From Psammoneis japonica (taxonomy: Eukaryota), in the NCBI GenBank assembly GCA_008632985.1, contig QPGO01000289.1:1-64000 (forward strand): a stretch of 64,000 bases of DNA. The letters are read 5' to 3'. Within the stretch, counting starts at the first letter, position 1; each line of letters opens with the position of its first letter. A program made the translations under genes and the position numbers. The notes under the pieces are model-generated. The model searched no databases. It worked only from the letters and a program-made list of their open reading frames with translations, and was not told the DNA's origin. This document shows, piece after piece, positions 23,714 through 35,680 of the stretch.

Positions 23714-24618
23714 CGCGACAGAAGTCTGTGTTGTTGTGTTTTTCCGTGGCGCGAAAAGAAGATGATTTCGGTCTCCGCATCATTTTGATTCTTGTGTCTG
23801 ATTTTGGAGAGTTGTCTCAGCCTCCTCGTCTATAAATGATTGCGTCAGATTTTCCGAAAATATGTTAATTAATTAGTCGGAAAGTCCTCGACTTTCCGAG
23901 GGCCCCCTTTAAGTAGAAATCCCGGAAGCATGACGTTGGGCCCCATGGCAGCTTGGAAACTGGCCAACACCGACGACGACTCGAGCTCCGATGACGACTT
24001 GTTTCAGATTTTGCGTCCGGCTCGCGCGGGTTTTTCGTTTTTCGACGTTTATTCAAATGTTATATCTTGATTATTTTATATACAGCATTCCTTTTTGAAA
24101 ATGTCCATAATATTGTACCGTTTCATGCCACTACAGGTTTGTACGTACCATAGCACACGTAGAGCAGATCGCTTCACCGAGCTCGATTTGAACGAAATCC
24201 CGTTTAATCAACTGGATCGCGTAATTTTGAATGCAACAGTAATTTTATTACGATCTGTATAAACATATGCTTTTAGCTGATTTTCACGTTGTGCAGCCAC
24301 AATGGCATGCGAACGAATCATCGTTCCCGCTGTGCTGCTTCGTCGTTGCCAGTTCCATTAGAACACATAGCGCCGCATAGATAAAGCTTGAACGGAAGCG
24401 TGGTCGTATCAGTCCGCAGCTCTATTGAGAGTTCTGAATGCCAGGCGAAGAGGCGAACCCAAACCTTTTTGATTTGTTCGTTGGGTGCCGGCAGGTTGAT
24501 TGATCGATTGATTGGTACGTTTGCGAAGTGCTTGTCCCCGTATTGTAGTGTCTTGTATGCCTGCTTTATCTTCTTGTTCTTTCTAACCATGCTCTTATTC
24601 TCTAGTCGTAGATACAGA

Positions 24619-27600
24619 ATGAAGGATCCTACTTCACACGCATCGTCAGGGAGGACAGGAGCACTTTCTGTAGGCGTCTCTATGATCGATGATGATATGG
24701 CTAGCGAGAACATCGCGGCAATCGCAGCACGTACTAACAAGCTAGAAGCAATAACCACAAGACGAATCGCTGAACCGCTCCAGTCACAAGAAAATCGGGA
24801 AGTGCAAACCACACCCAGCGCTTCTCGCCGTGCAACGAGACCAGCTCCAAGGCCTCGACTGAATTTGTTTGGTAGGCGGGTCGATATCCCGACACTCGAG
24901 GCGGCAAGGGCTGGATTGTCAAAGGCAATGTCTAGAGTATCGAAAATATCAAACATCAACTATCTGACACAAGACAGAGTAGTACAAGAAGGAAGAACTG
25001 CTGGTCTTGATGACACTGCTCGTGAAGCAGCGCAAGGGCTTGTACGACTCGCCGCAATCAATACCGAGACCGGTCAGCCACCAAGAGACAAGTCCCGTAC
25101 CCCAGATGTTCAACAAGCGGCTACAGACACTTCTATCCTCCAAGCTACAGGCTCTAAGCGAACTCACGAAGCCAGCATCCATCAGGGAGTGAAGCTAGCG
25201 GATACGAGCAATGCAATCGTCCAAAGCACAGGCTCGGAGCGACGAAATGCAGCCCGCTTCTATCAAGGAGCTCAGCAAGCGACTACGAACAGTGCCACCG
25301 TCCGAGCCACCGGCTCCGAGCGAAATGAATCACGCCCTGCTTTGGAGGCGAATGGCAAATCCACTGCCGATACCGTCGATGAAACAGCACTAGTTGATAA
25401 TCCCAGCGAGCACGTGCTGGGCATGACTCCTGCTCGTCATCGCCGCTCCTCTAGAACACGCACGTCAGAGCAAGGTGACTATTCATCCCGTGTGGCTTCT
25501 GGCTCTTTGCAAGATCCCAACCAAGGAGCAACGTCAGTTGAAGACGATGGAACAGCGCAAAGGCTTGTACGACTCGCCGCAATCAATACCGAGACCGGTC
25601 AGCCACCAAGAGACAAGTCCCGTACCCCAGATGTTCAACGAGCGGCTACAGACACTACTATCCTCCAAGCTACATGCTCTAAGCGAACTCACGAAGCCAG
25701 TATCCATCAGGGAGTGAAGCTAGCGAATACGAGCAATGCAATCGTCCAAAGCACAGGCTCGGAGCGACGAAATGCAGCCCGCTTTTATCAAGGAGCTCAG
25801 CAAGCGACTACGAACAGTGCCACCGTCCGAGCCACCGGCTCCGAGCGAAATGAATCACGACCTGCTTTGGAGGCGAATGGCAAATCCACTGCCGATGCCG
25901 TCGATGAAACAGCACTAGTTGATAATCCCAGCGAGCACGTGCTGGGCATGACTCCTGCTCGTCATCGCCGCTCCTCTAGAACACGCACGTCAGAGCAAGG
26001 TGACTATTCATCCCGTGTGGCTTCTGGCTCTTTGCAAGATCCCAACCAAGGAGCAACGTCAGTTGAAGACGATGGAACAACGAAAGTGCCGAATGGAATC
26101 ACTCTGCAATACAACGGCAAATGTCAAGTGAGATTTCCTCACGACAGCAGGATCTGCTATATTGGTACATTTGACTCACTCTCACTCGCCGTTGTTGCTC
26201 AGAACACGGGCCGTACGAAGATGAAAGAGTTTCATGATTCCAAGGGGAATGAAAAGCCGCTAACTTCAGCCGATCACAAGCATGGCGTGAAATTTGTCAA
26301 GGAAGCTTGCCGTACAGCAGTCCAACAGTACCTACAAGATCACCCAGAAGAACTCGATAAGGTATCGGAACGGTCACGGACAAGAGCGCAAGAAGGCAAA
26401 GACAGGTACGCTTCGGATTCGAACGAAGATCATATTGGGAAGAAGCGCACTTGGAAAATGGAATCAAAAACAGATACAGAGAATCTCAGACGCAGCTCGC
26501 GCGCCAAAAAAGCACGAACAGTTTCGGACTTCCCAACCAAGCAGCGCGATACTTCATCACGCACCTTATCAATAGGGAAACGTGCGTCCTCGGCTAGTTC
26601 GGAGGGTCTTCCTTCAGACGTATCACATTTGCGTGCTGGAGCAGAGCAATTGAGCACTCACTATCTAGGTGGCTTCACCATTGGCCTTCCTGCGCCTTCA
26701 AAAGGGGAGCCGTACGCTGAAGAAAGCGCATGGCGTTTGCATAATCCAACGATGCCTCCTGACCAGAGCAAATTCGGCAAGTTGCCGCTGCAATCGCTCC
26801 CACCACCTCCAAGCCTACCACAGTTTCCACACACTGGCCTTTGTGAATGGACGTGGGATGAAGAATCTCGAGTTCTCCTTGGCAATTTCAGAAAGAATAA
26901 AAGCAGTAAGGTGGAAGTCAGTAAGGAGGATGAAGAGTTCCTGTTGCGCATGATGGAACGCAACGATATTTCAGTTATTAGCGAAGGACTGGCCGATGAT
27001 CTCGATGGTGCGATCTGGACCCCGCAGTATATCGCAGACGTAGCGGGGGACAAGTATTACCACAAGTTTCGCAGATTCGAGCGAATGAAGGGCTGCATTT
27101 CCTTGCAGTACGATGAAGTGGACGAGTGTGTTTCTATGAAAATTTCAGATTTCGTTCGTTATTTGGATGCACGTCAGACAGCCCTGAGCAACCAACATGT
27201 CGATATGATTTCTTCCGGCACGCGCTTTTCGTTTGTTGACGACGAAGGCAAGGAGATTGTTATTGACGTGATTGACACCGTTTTGTACATGATTGATCTC
27301 GATATTATCAAGCTGCTGCCATCTATTCACGAAAACTTTGTTGACAGCTTCAAGCTGCCTGGCATTTTGCCCGGTGGAAAGCATTGCTTGCTGAACGCGG
27401 TAAGTCCATCAGTTTCAGAAGTTGTTTCCTAGTGTCCCAATGACTTCTTACGTGTCGTGCATATGGATTGTGCCCAGGTCAACCAAAATGGACGCCCCTT
27501 CATGGGACCGAACCTATACGTCACCCCTCCAGCTTCCTTTACCCATTTCCATCAAGATGGCCATGGTACTGTTGATAGTGGGCACCAATGCCTCGCGGGC

Positions 27601-29028
27601 TACAACGAAGTCGTAATGTTGCGACGACTACCAGAAAGTCACAAAAAGTACGCTCTGTACCTTCTGAACGGCTCGGGAAAGAACGGCACAAGCCAGTATG
27701 ACGCTTTATATGGTTTTCCTCACGGGGATGGAGTGGTACGTGCACATGTCGATTGGCTTCACCGTATGTGTCTTGACGTTTCAACTGTATCGCTAAATCT
27801 AATTTCAAATGGGCTGTAATGGAAGGGAGCCAAACCAGTTTGGCCAGAACGCGACTCTATAGATAAGTGCAAAGAAATGGGGTAAGCAGCTACCGGTATT
27901 CATAGTACGTCATTCTCCTGCTCGTCGCATCTCTCACATTCTGTTATCATTGCTATGGCAAAGGTATTGTCCTTCGGTTTTCATTCTGAAACCAGGTCAG
28001 CTTGTCCATATCAACAAGGGCAGGCTACATGCTTTTAGGAAGATGGCGCCGGTCCAGCTCCCTGAGAACGACTGTCACGCGACACTCCGTGGTGAGATTC
28101 TTCGTGAACTAGATGGTGCAAACACGGAAGACATTTGCGTCTCTGTTGCCTGGGATTGGATGTATCGAGGTTTTTCAAGTGAAGGCATCAATCGGGAAGT
28201 CGTGTCAATGCTCGAATGTGCAGCTCTTAATCGCAAGAATCTGTCCAAAGAAACGCTTGCTATTCCAGAGCATTCCATCATACAGACGGCACGGAATGCC
28301 GCCGCCGAGCCAGACAGGTCAGGGCCAGTGCCGAAGAGCTCTTGGATACAGCCCGCGGAAACCCAAATGGTTCAGAAACGCGTGTGTTCCCTTCCAGTGA
28401 GACTGTGATGAAGGGTATCCTTCCTTCTCTTCGATACGTGGTGGAGAAGCATGCCGAGGCCAAGAGCAATGCGGAGAAGAATCAAGCGAATCACACCTCT
28501 ACGAAGGCCAGTGTTACAATTGTAAACAAGCCAAACTCATGGGAGAACCCAAACTCCTTTCCGATTGATCCATATGGGAACACTGACTTCTTTTGCCGTT
28601 TGTGCCAGAAGGAGTTGTCGAATGTTTACATGCATTGCGATGGGTGCGAGATCCTCGTAAACAAGGATTACAATATTTGCGTTGACTGTCACAAGGAGAA
28701 AAAGTATGAGAAATTCGAGCAGATGCATCCGCTGGATAACGTGAGGAACAGCAGCATCAATCACACAGGTGATTTTTCAGAAGACAGGAAAAAGCGACGC
28801 TGCCCCTGCAAGAACGCCCCCCTTTGCGTCAGATGCAGGCACTGTTCAGGGTGCTCTTGCAGGTGTCACAAGTGTTTTACGTTGCACTACAGACACGCAA
28901 CTATCGAGGAAGAAACGGAGTTGCTCCAGAGGGTGGAAGCTAGAGTAGGCGAGAATCCTGCTCAGCAGGAAACCATGGATAGACTCAGATGGATTGGGTC
29001 ATTGAATGGCGGTAGGTCAGCCCTCTAG
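24619..29028 (+). CDS. Multi-exon JmjC-domain protein with an AP2-like domain and a C-terminal Cys-rich zinc finger (putative histone demethylase); one frameshift near 28350; a 5' exon may lie upstream
   Basis: AP2-like GITLQYNGKCQVRF..YIGTFDS (~26090-26220). JmjC FTHFHQDGHG and HINKGRLHAFRK. Zinc finger CRLC..HCDGC..ICVDCH. GT-AG introns at 27400-27477, 27736-27825 and 27882-27963 restore the frame. Confidence 0.85.
25028..26079 (+). repeat. In-frame tandem duplication, 525 bp (175 aa) x2, about 98% identical
   Basis: cagcgcaa(g/a)ggcttgtacgactcgcc at 25028 and 25553; about 9 mismatches counted by eye. Confidence 0.95.
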
Positions 29029-29934
29029 ACTCTCCGGGTCCGATGGACGAGCCCGAAGACAGTGCTGACCCCTCCAGTGTCCTCGAAATGGAGGGCATGT
29101 ACGCTGGTACCGGACTGGAAAAGACACAAAGCTGAGGCGCACTCCAAGAGACACGGCGCATGTCAGTGACGAGAGAAAACTACCCATACGATGTTGCAGG
29201 TATCCCGCCTTTCTATGGTGCAGCAATCTTCTCCCGAATAAGTAGGAGTAGTCTCTATTTTATGCAATGTTTTGTTCTATTTTGCCGCATGGAGTTGACG
29301 AGTCTTTCCTCCAACCTTGTGATTGCTATATTGCTAAAATAACGCTGCTCCAAAAAGCAATGTCCTACAGCTGTCTTTTGCGAGACGCCTAACAGCAGTG
29401 CGGTAGCCCAACCCGTGGGAGTCTTGTGCAGGAGCAATGAGGTTTCGACACACTAAAGAGTGTTCTCCATAAGGCGGTCCACTGCTCGAGTCTGTAATAG
29501 AGTGCAAAAGTGCAGCAGTTAGAATGGCAACATTGTGCACAAATCACAACACGCACAAAAACAATATTTCAAGTCTACACCCCACCAATCGTTAATTGTT
29601 CGTCTTGAGAAATTCCATGTCGGTCTATTTGACACCCGAATAGGATTTTTGCAATAACACCATGCGCTGCTCCGTTTCACGCAATTGCTTCTTGGCAAAG
29701 GCTTGCGCTTCGGCATTCGAATGATAGCGCTTGTAGTATAATGCCGATACCCATCCAACTCTCGATTGATCGTGGGCATTGCCTCCGGCACCAAACTTGT
29801 CGCACTTGTAGTATGATACCCGCAAGCAAGAGTTGGCACCGTGGTCCAATCACCAGAACAGATCCAACTAGGTCTAACTTCGTGTCGACATATCTAATCG
29901 AAGTCAGTACGAGGTGGTGAGTTAAAATGGCGCT

Positions 29935-30129
29935 CCTCACGTTCCGTACAGAAGCTCCAAGCTTACCTACCTTCTCCAGGACTGTCTGAGTGGTGACGGA
30001 AACGCGTTAATGTTTGTAAATTTGAGTCCAACAACAGCGAGTGGCAATGGAAGTCTCTGTTTCTTGCGATTCATTGAGCTTGGAAAGGCGATCAAGCACA
30101 TTGAATACTCCAAGTTGAGAAAGAATTAG
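29935..30129 (+). pseudogene. Kinesin-14 motor C-terminal fragment
   Basis: [32 protein letters not shown]...[16 protein letters not shown]. About six residues after LRF are deleted and the rest of the motor is absent. Confidence 0.85.
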
Positions 30130-32860
30130 TTCCGTTTGGAGAGAGGTAGGGGGGTTATAAGGGAAACCGTTATTCTAAGAGCACGTACCGGTAATATGCA
30201 ACACAGTTTTTTGTATCGTTTTCTTTGAAGTTCCGGCCTATCTCGTTTTTGATTTGTTTCTCTACAGAGAATGCGCCAGAACTTACGATCGAAGGTGATG
30301 ATTCATAATGGAAATTGGATACCGTGGAATGCTATAGTACACTCGAGCCCAATCAGTGACGCGACCGATGACGACCGAGCTACCACGCCACAGGACGCTA
30401 ATGAGCCACAACTCGACAACCAACGCATGTGGAGAGGGGAGGTGCTTTGATGCAGTGGCAATGAAGGCATCTACGCACCCAGCGCCACCGTATGTGCTTG
30501 ACTTGTGAAGAACGCCACTCTGTAGATTCGAGCCGACGTCCACTCTGATGGTTCTTCTTCCGCATCTCTTCTCGTCGTTGCTTTCGCTACTGTAGACAAA
30601 AAATACTGACGTCTTGATTCAGTACATGCTCACAAGGTTGCTGAGTAAAGTGCCTTTCGGGGGAAAGGCTGGGACTTGTGTCAGCTGAAAACAACGCGTC
30701 GTTGAATGCCCGCAAATGCTTGACAAGTTGAAGCTCCCTGTCGTCAATTGCATAGCTAGTGCGGCAGTACTGTCTGATGGTGCAGCACTCTCAGATGATG
30801 AATGGATACTCTCACCTGCATTGGTTCCCCAGATTCGAGCCCCCCCCCCAATAAGCATACGAATACAAATGACACCATTCGAGTCGCATTGTCCAGAAGC
30901 GTCAAATTTCCCATCCACGGTTCCAATAAGCCAATATCAACACGTACATCCGTTCCCAAATACTCATGACTTTGTATTCCGGTTCGTGATATCGTTTTGC
31001 ATTAATAATAATGACATGGATTCTGAGCGCATAAAGGAATCGAGTACAAGAGACGGAAACTCAGCATCATTCAAAGGTCTTCCCAGCTTGCCACCCTTCT
31101 CAATCACAACAAGACATCCTTGCGCAATTAGACCAACAGTTGCCTCAAAAGCAATTGACTATGTTTCATAGCCAGCCTTGAACTCTGCTAACTCATTAGC
31201 AGCAGCAATGGGTGCAGGGACAATGCGTAGCCGCGTTCTTGGCCAAGAGCTTGAAGCTGTCCGGCTCACACGTCCAATCATTTGACTTCAGACAGGATCA
31301 GCAAATCATCACGAGCGCCCAATCTGCCTCGTCGACGCCTGTCGTAGTACTTTGCAATTGGCAATGATATATTTCACACCTGGCTTCTTGTAGCACATGT
31401 TCCCGTTGTAATGCAGACATTTCGGGACTGCCACATCAAGAAAAGTGGAAGCGTCGTCCTTCAACACCGTTCCAGTCGAGTCCGCGAACCACGTACTGAA
31501 GAATTGTCGTGTGGAATGACACGGCACCGCTTACATTTTATTTAGGGAAAGGCGCTTGGATTGCAAAAGGTAGCAAGGTATCCTAGATCCACAACACATA
31601 TAGTCCCCGCTTCTCCCAGCGCCCGTCTCTCGATGCACGGTCCAAACCACGTTTCATCGACAACGCTCCAAACGCCCGCGAGACAACGAAATACTTGTCA
31701 AGCCTTGGATCAAAAGACGGTGATTTGTTTCGGAGACTGATTGTGTCGACGAGGAGTTGCTGTTGCTGCTAGAAGAGTCGGCAGTCGACTGAAAGAAACG
31801 AATGACAGAGATCTTACCATATAACATGCATTGGTTAGGGAAACAACATCCAAAAAATAGACTAATCCCCTCTCGCTTTAAATCATCAGACCTTATGATA
31901 ATCCACTTGAGCAAAAAAACACCACATCAATTCGAGGAAGGCTTCTTTTTCTTTTTTCGCTTCTTCTTGAAACATTGTTGGATCCAATGACCAGATATTC
32001 CGCACAAATCACAGACATAGCCGTCCGGTGGAGTAGATACCTTGCGTTTGCTGTTGCTTGCGGTCGCGTCTGCTTCGCTCATGCTCTCATGGTGTCGCTA
32101 TCGAGTCTCGAGTCTCGAGTTGCGGTGATGAGCACGTGTGCTGTAGAGTTGCGAGGTCTGAGGTCTTCTGAAAAAACCGTTGGACCTCGCGAAAGAACCG
32201 TTGGACCTCGCTGAAAAGGCATGCAGACCTCGCGCGGATCGCTCATTCGTTCGTATCCATACCCTGGCGCCCAGCGCACACCAGACACCATGACGAGCAC
32301 CATCGGACGCAACGCGTCCTCTCAGGATGGCACAGCATCGGTCTCCACTACTTGTCCATTTCAAGGAGATATGACTCACAATGTGATGAATCATCAGTGG
32401 TTAAAAATGGGCTGGTGGAGATCGTAAGCTAAGAAAAAACAAGACCGAAACTGCGAGGCATCTTTTTTGTCGTGATTTGTAATCCTGCGTCAACATTGAA
32501 CATTGGTCGTACAAGTATTGGTGCCGTATGATCATCTTTGTCAATACTAGTTCGAAAGATGATGGATATCTTGTTGGTTAATGCCGTGGAGGTGGTCCGG
32601 AGCGTGAAGGCAAAAAAATCAGTAAGAGGCGCTACCATCGCTTATCATCGCATCATCTGGAGTAGAGAGCCCTATCTTACCGTGAACATTGAACACTCGA
32701 GTTCCTACTACTACTTTCTACTACTACTGTGTTTATTCACGGCGGCGCAAGTGGGGACTTGTTCGCAAGGAGTGTTGACACGGTGCTTTCCAACAAGTCG
32801 CTGATAGACGTCCTTGGAAGATTTTTCCGTGGACACAGCAGGTAGAGGTTTGCGCGGTTG

Positions 32861-33270
32861 CAAAACGCGTGGAAGACTTCTTGATCGGAATATTGGTTCT
32901 ACACTGATCAAAGCGCCCGAGACTACATCGTGAAGCGTCCGAAGCGATTTGTTGATGCTTTCGATGCTTTGGTTCCAGGAGCATACAAGGTATGCACGCT
33001 CGTTTGTACCGCTTCTTCCCCCAAAAATCCCTCGTCGAACATGCTGATGCACGTACGGTTCTCTCAATTATGCAGGCTGACTTTTTCCGATATCTAGTAG
33101 GAGTGCTCCGAATAGATGGAGTAATTGTCTACGCCGACGTTGACGTGAAACTGGATGCAAATCTTGATACATTCATTACACCGGACATATCGTTCTTTGC
33201 GCCTCTTGACGTAGTCGCGGAATATGCAGACGCAAAGTTTTGCTTGTGGAGCGGGTTTATGGGTTCGATG
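32861..33270 (+). pseudogene. Glycosyltransferase (GT32, DXD motif) fragment with a retained intron
   Basis: QNAWK..*..FYTD, FDALVPGAYK, intron 32990-33075, then ADFFRY and YADVDV...CLWSGFMG. In-frame stop and truncation. Confidence 0.75.
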
Positions 33271-33275
33271 CAAGG

Positions 33276-33550
33276 ACGCTTCGATTCGAACGACGATCGT
33301 ATTAAGAACAAGCGCACTTGGCAAAAGGAATCAGAAACATCAGAAAATGTCAGACGCAGCTCCCGAGTCAAAAAAGCACGAAGAGTATTGGAACTCTCAA
33401 CCGGCACAGCGATACTTCATCAAGGAACTCATCAAAAGGAAAAGGTTTATCCTCAGCTCGCTCAGAAGGTCATCTCTCAGACGTATCACATTTGTGTGCT
33501 GGATCGCTTCACCAATGGCCTTCCTCCTCCTTCAAAAGGTGAGCCGTACG
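33276..33550 (+). pseudogene. Diverged partial copy of the JmjC gene segment 26408-26716
   Basis: DSNDDRIKNKRTWQKES..ENVRRSSRVKKAR and GLPPPSKGEPY versus DSNEDHIGKKRTWKMES..ENLRRSSRAKKAR and GLPAPSKGEPY. Confidence 0.85.
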
Positions 33551-33640
33551 GCGATGCGCCGCAGGGTTTGTGGAAAGCTCGTGTTGTTATTGCTCATGTA
33601 CCTTTTAGTTCTTTCTCCCTTTCCCTTGTGTCCATTGTTG

Positions 33641-35334
33641 ATGACCCAAAAGGGAGAGGCGCGTCCTCTTTCTATTGACATTATGAGAGAATACAATAGC
33701 GCTACGGGTGAATTATCCCCAAGCAGACGAACCAGCGTGACTTCTGCAGAGAATGATGAAGACGAGCTTCACCAAACCACGTGCACCGAGACCTTTCTTC
33801 ACTTGCTCAAGGGCTACCTCGGTCCGGGGTGTCTTATTCTTCCATGGGCTGTTGGTCAGTTGGGAATACCGGGAGGGTTCATTGCAATATTTGCCATGTC
33901 GTATTGGACGTCGTACAACTGCTGGACGGTCGTCAAGATTAAGCGATACATTGAACAAACCCAAGCGGACGACAACCCGGAACAAAACGAAGGAGAAGAA
34001 GAGGGCACTGCAACATCCATATCTACCAATATCACGTATCCTGATGTCGGACATTGGGCGGATGGAACAAAATTTCAGGCTTACATTAGAGCTTGTATCT
34101 GCGTCACGCAGCTGGCAGTTTGTACCGTGTTTTTATCCTTTGTCGGAGAAAACTTGCTTGCTGTTCTGACGCGCCTCGAGGTGAACAACATTGGTCATGG
34201 TTTTGTCATAACCATGGTTCTTCCGGCAGTCATGATGCTGAGCTGTCTTCCTCATCTCAAAGCATTGGCACCAGTTGTTGCTGTTGCAACCCTATTGCTC
34301 TTTCTCGGCTTTGGCTGCTTGGGTGTTGTGGTTGGAGAGAAATGGAGTGACAGACCGGAGGAGACTCCTACTATCAACCTTTCCTCTGCTCCTTTGGCAA
34401 TCTGTGCAATTCTCTATTCCTATGAAGGCATTTGCCTAATTTTACCGGTGGAGTCTGCCATGAAAGAACCGCAACACTTCCAAAAGGTGTTTGTTTCGGC
34501 CATGACGTTTGTCGCTTTTGTTCTGGCCGCTGTCTCGTGCACTTGTGTTTGGGTATTTGGAAAGGTGACCAATGGAAGTGTAACTGCCTTTCGTGTTGAA
34601 ACATACCGAGACGATCCTTCAATTGCGGGGTGGCTCATGGTGGCAAATACGGCCGTGAGCTTGTCTGTGCTCTTGACCTATCCACTTCAACTCTTTCCCG
34701 CATTGGAACTCATTGGTCCGTGGCTATCAAGAAAGCTACTCCACTATTTCAATCGACCTGACGGGACTACAGATGAGGACAATGATCTATCGGCGTTTGA
34801 GCCGCTACCGCCGCTTGAAGAGCATAGACCAGTATCGCCCTCAGAGATGACCCCAGCATCGGAACACCACTATGGACAGTTGAATGGTGACGCTGAAAGC
34901 GACGAGATTGACTCAAGTGCAAACTCACCTACCTCATCTTTGAATGTCTTTTCAATAGCCACACAGCTTCCAAAACTGACCATGCCGGGAGACTCCCCAC
35001 TCTTGCGAGCAATGCTGGTCATGTTGACTTATTTGGTTGCAGTCATTGTACCAAATGTACAAGCCCTCATCTCGCTAGCAGGTGCCCTGGCTGGATCGTC
35101 AACGGCTCTACTGATTCCCCCCTTTTGGAGCTCGCCTGGATTAAACGGTTGGACTATGGAAACGACGATTTGGTCGAGTCGCAATGGATTTGTATTCCTG
35201 CACCGAATTCTTGGAAGTTACACTGGCCGCAATTGATCAAGTGCTACCTTTTGTTCTTGGCTGGACTTGTGTTTCTCGTCATTGGTACCTATGCCTCTAT
35301 CGCGGATATCATCAGAGTATACATTGGAAACTAG
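33641..35334 (+). CDS. Amino-acid transporter (AAAP / SLC36-like); 5' end uncertain; single-base frameshift at the C run near 35120
   Basis: ETFLHLLKGYLGPGCLILPWA, YSYEGICLILPVESAMKEP, LLTYPLQLFPA and many hydrophobic helices; the last helices lie in a shifted frame. Confidence 0.85.
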
Positions 35335-35680
35335 TCAAGAGCACGAAGCTTGAAAAGGAACCCCGTCACTTGTTTGCAGGAGTACCTTTGTAGGAGAGCT
35401 GTACGGTAGTATCACATATCGGTGCAGAAACGAGTTTTCGACGAATCGTACCGACCAATGACGATCCACTCTTTTTCTTGTGGCGCCGTTGATTACCACT
35501 TTCTATGGCGCAGCAGGCGAATGCAAAGATCAGATATCCTGTCGCACTACTCCTGAAGGTTCTATTAGGCAGATTTTTGGCTGCTAACTTATTAAAGTTC
35601 TAGTCATCCCTCGCTAGCCCCTACATTCCTTTTGCTTCCAACTCCAAACCCCGCATCATGTACACCTTCTCATAGACTAC

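Noticed and set aside
33224..33640. N-terminal extension of the 670 aa transporter ORF
   Set aside because: It is an off-frame read through the GT32 and JmjC fragments and a probable intron.
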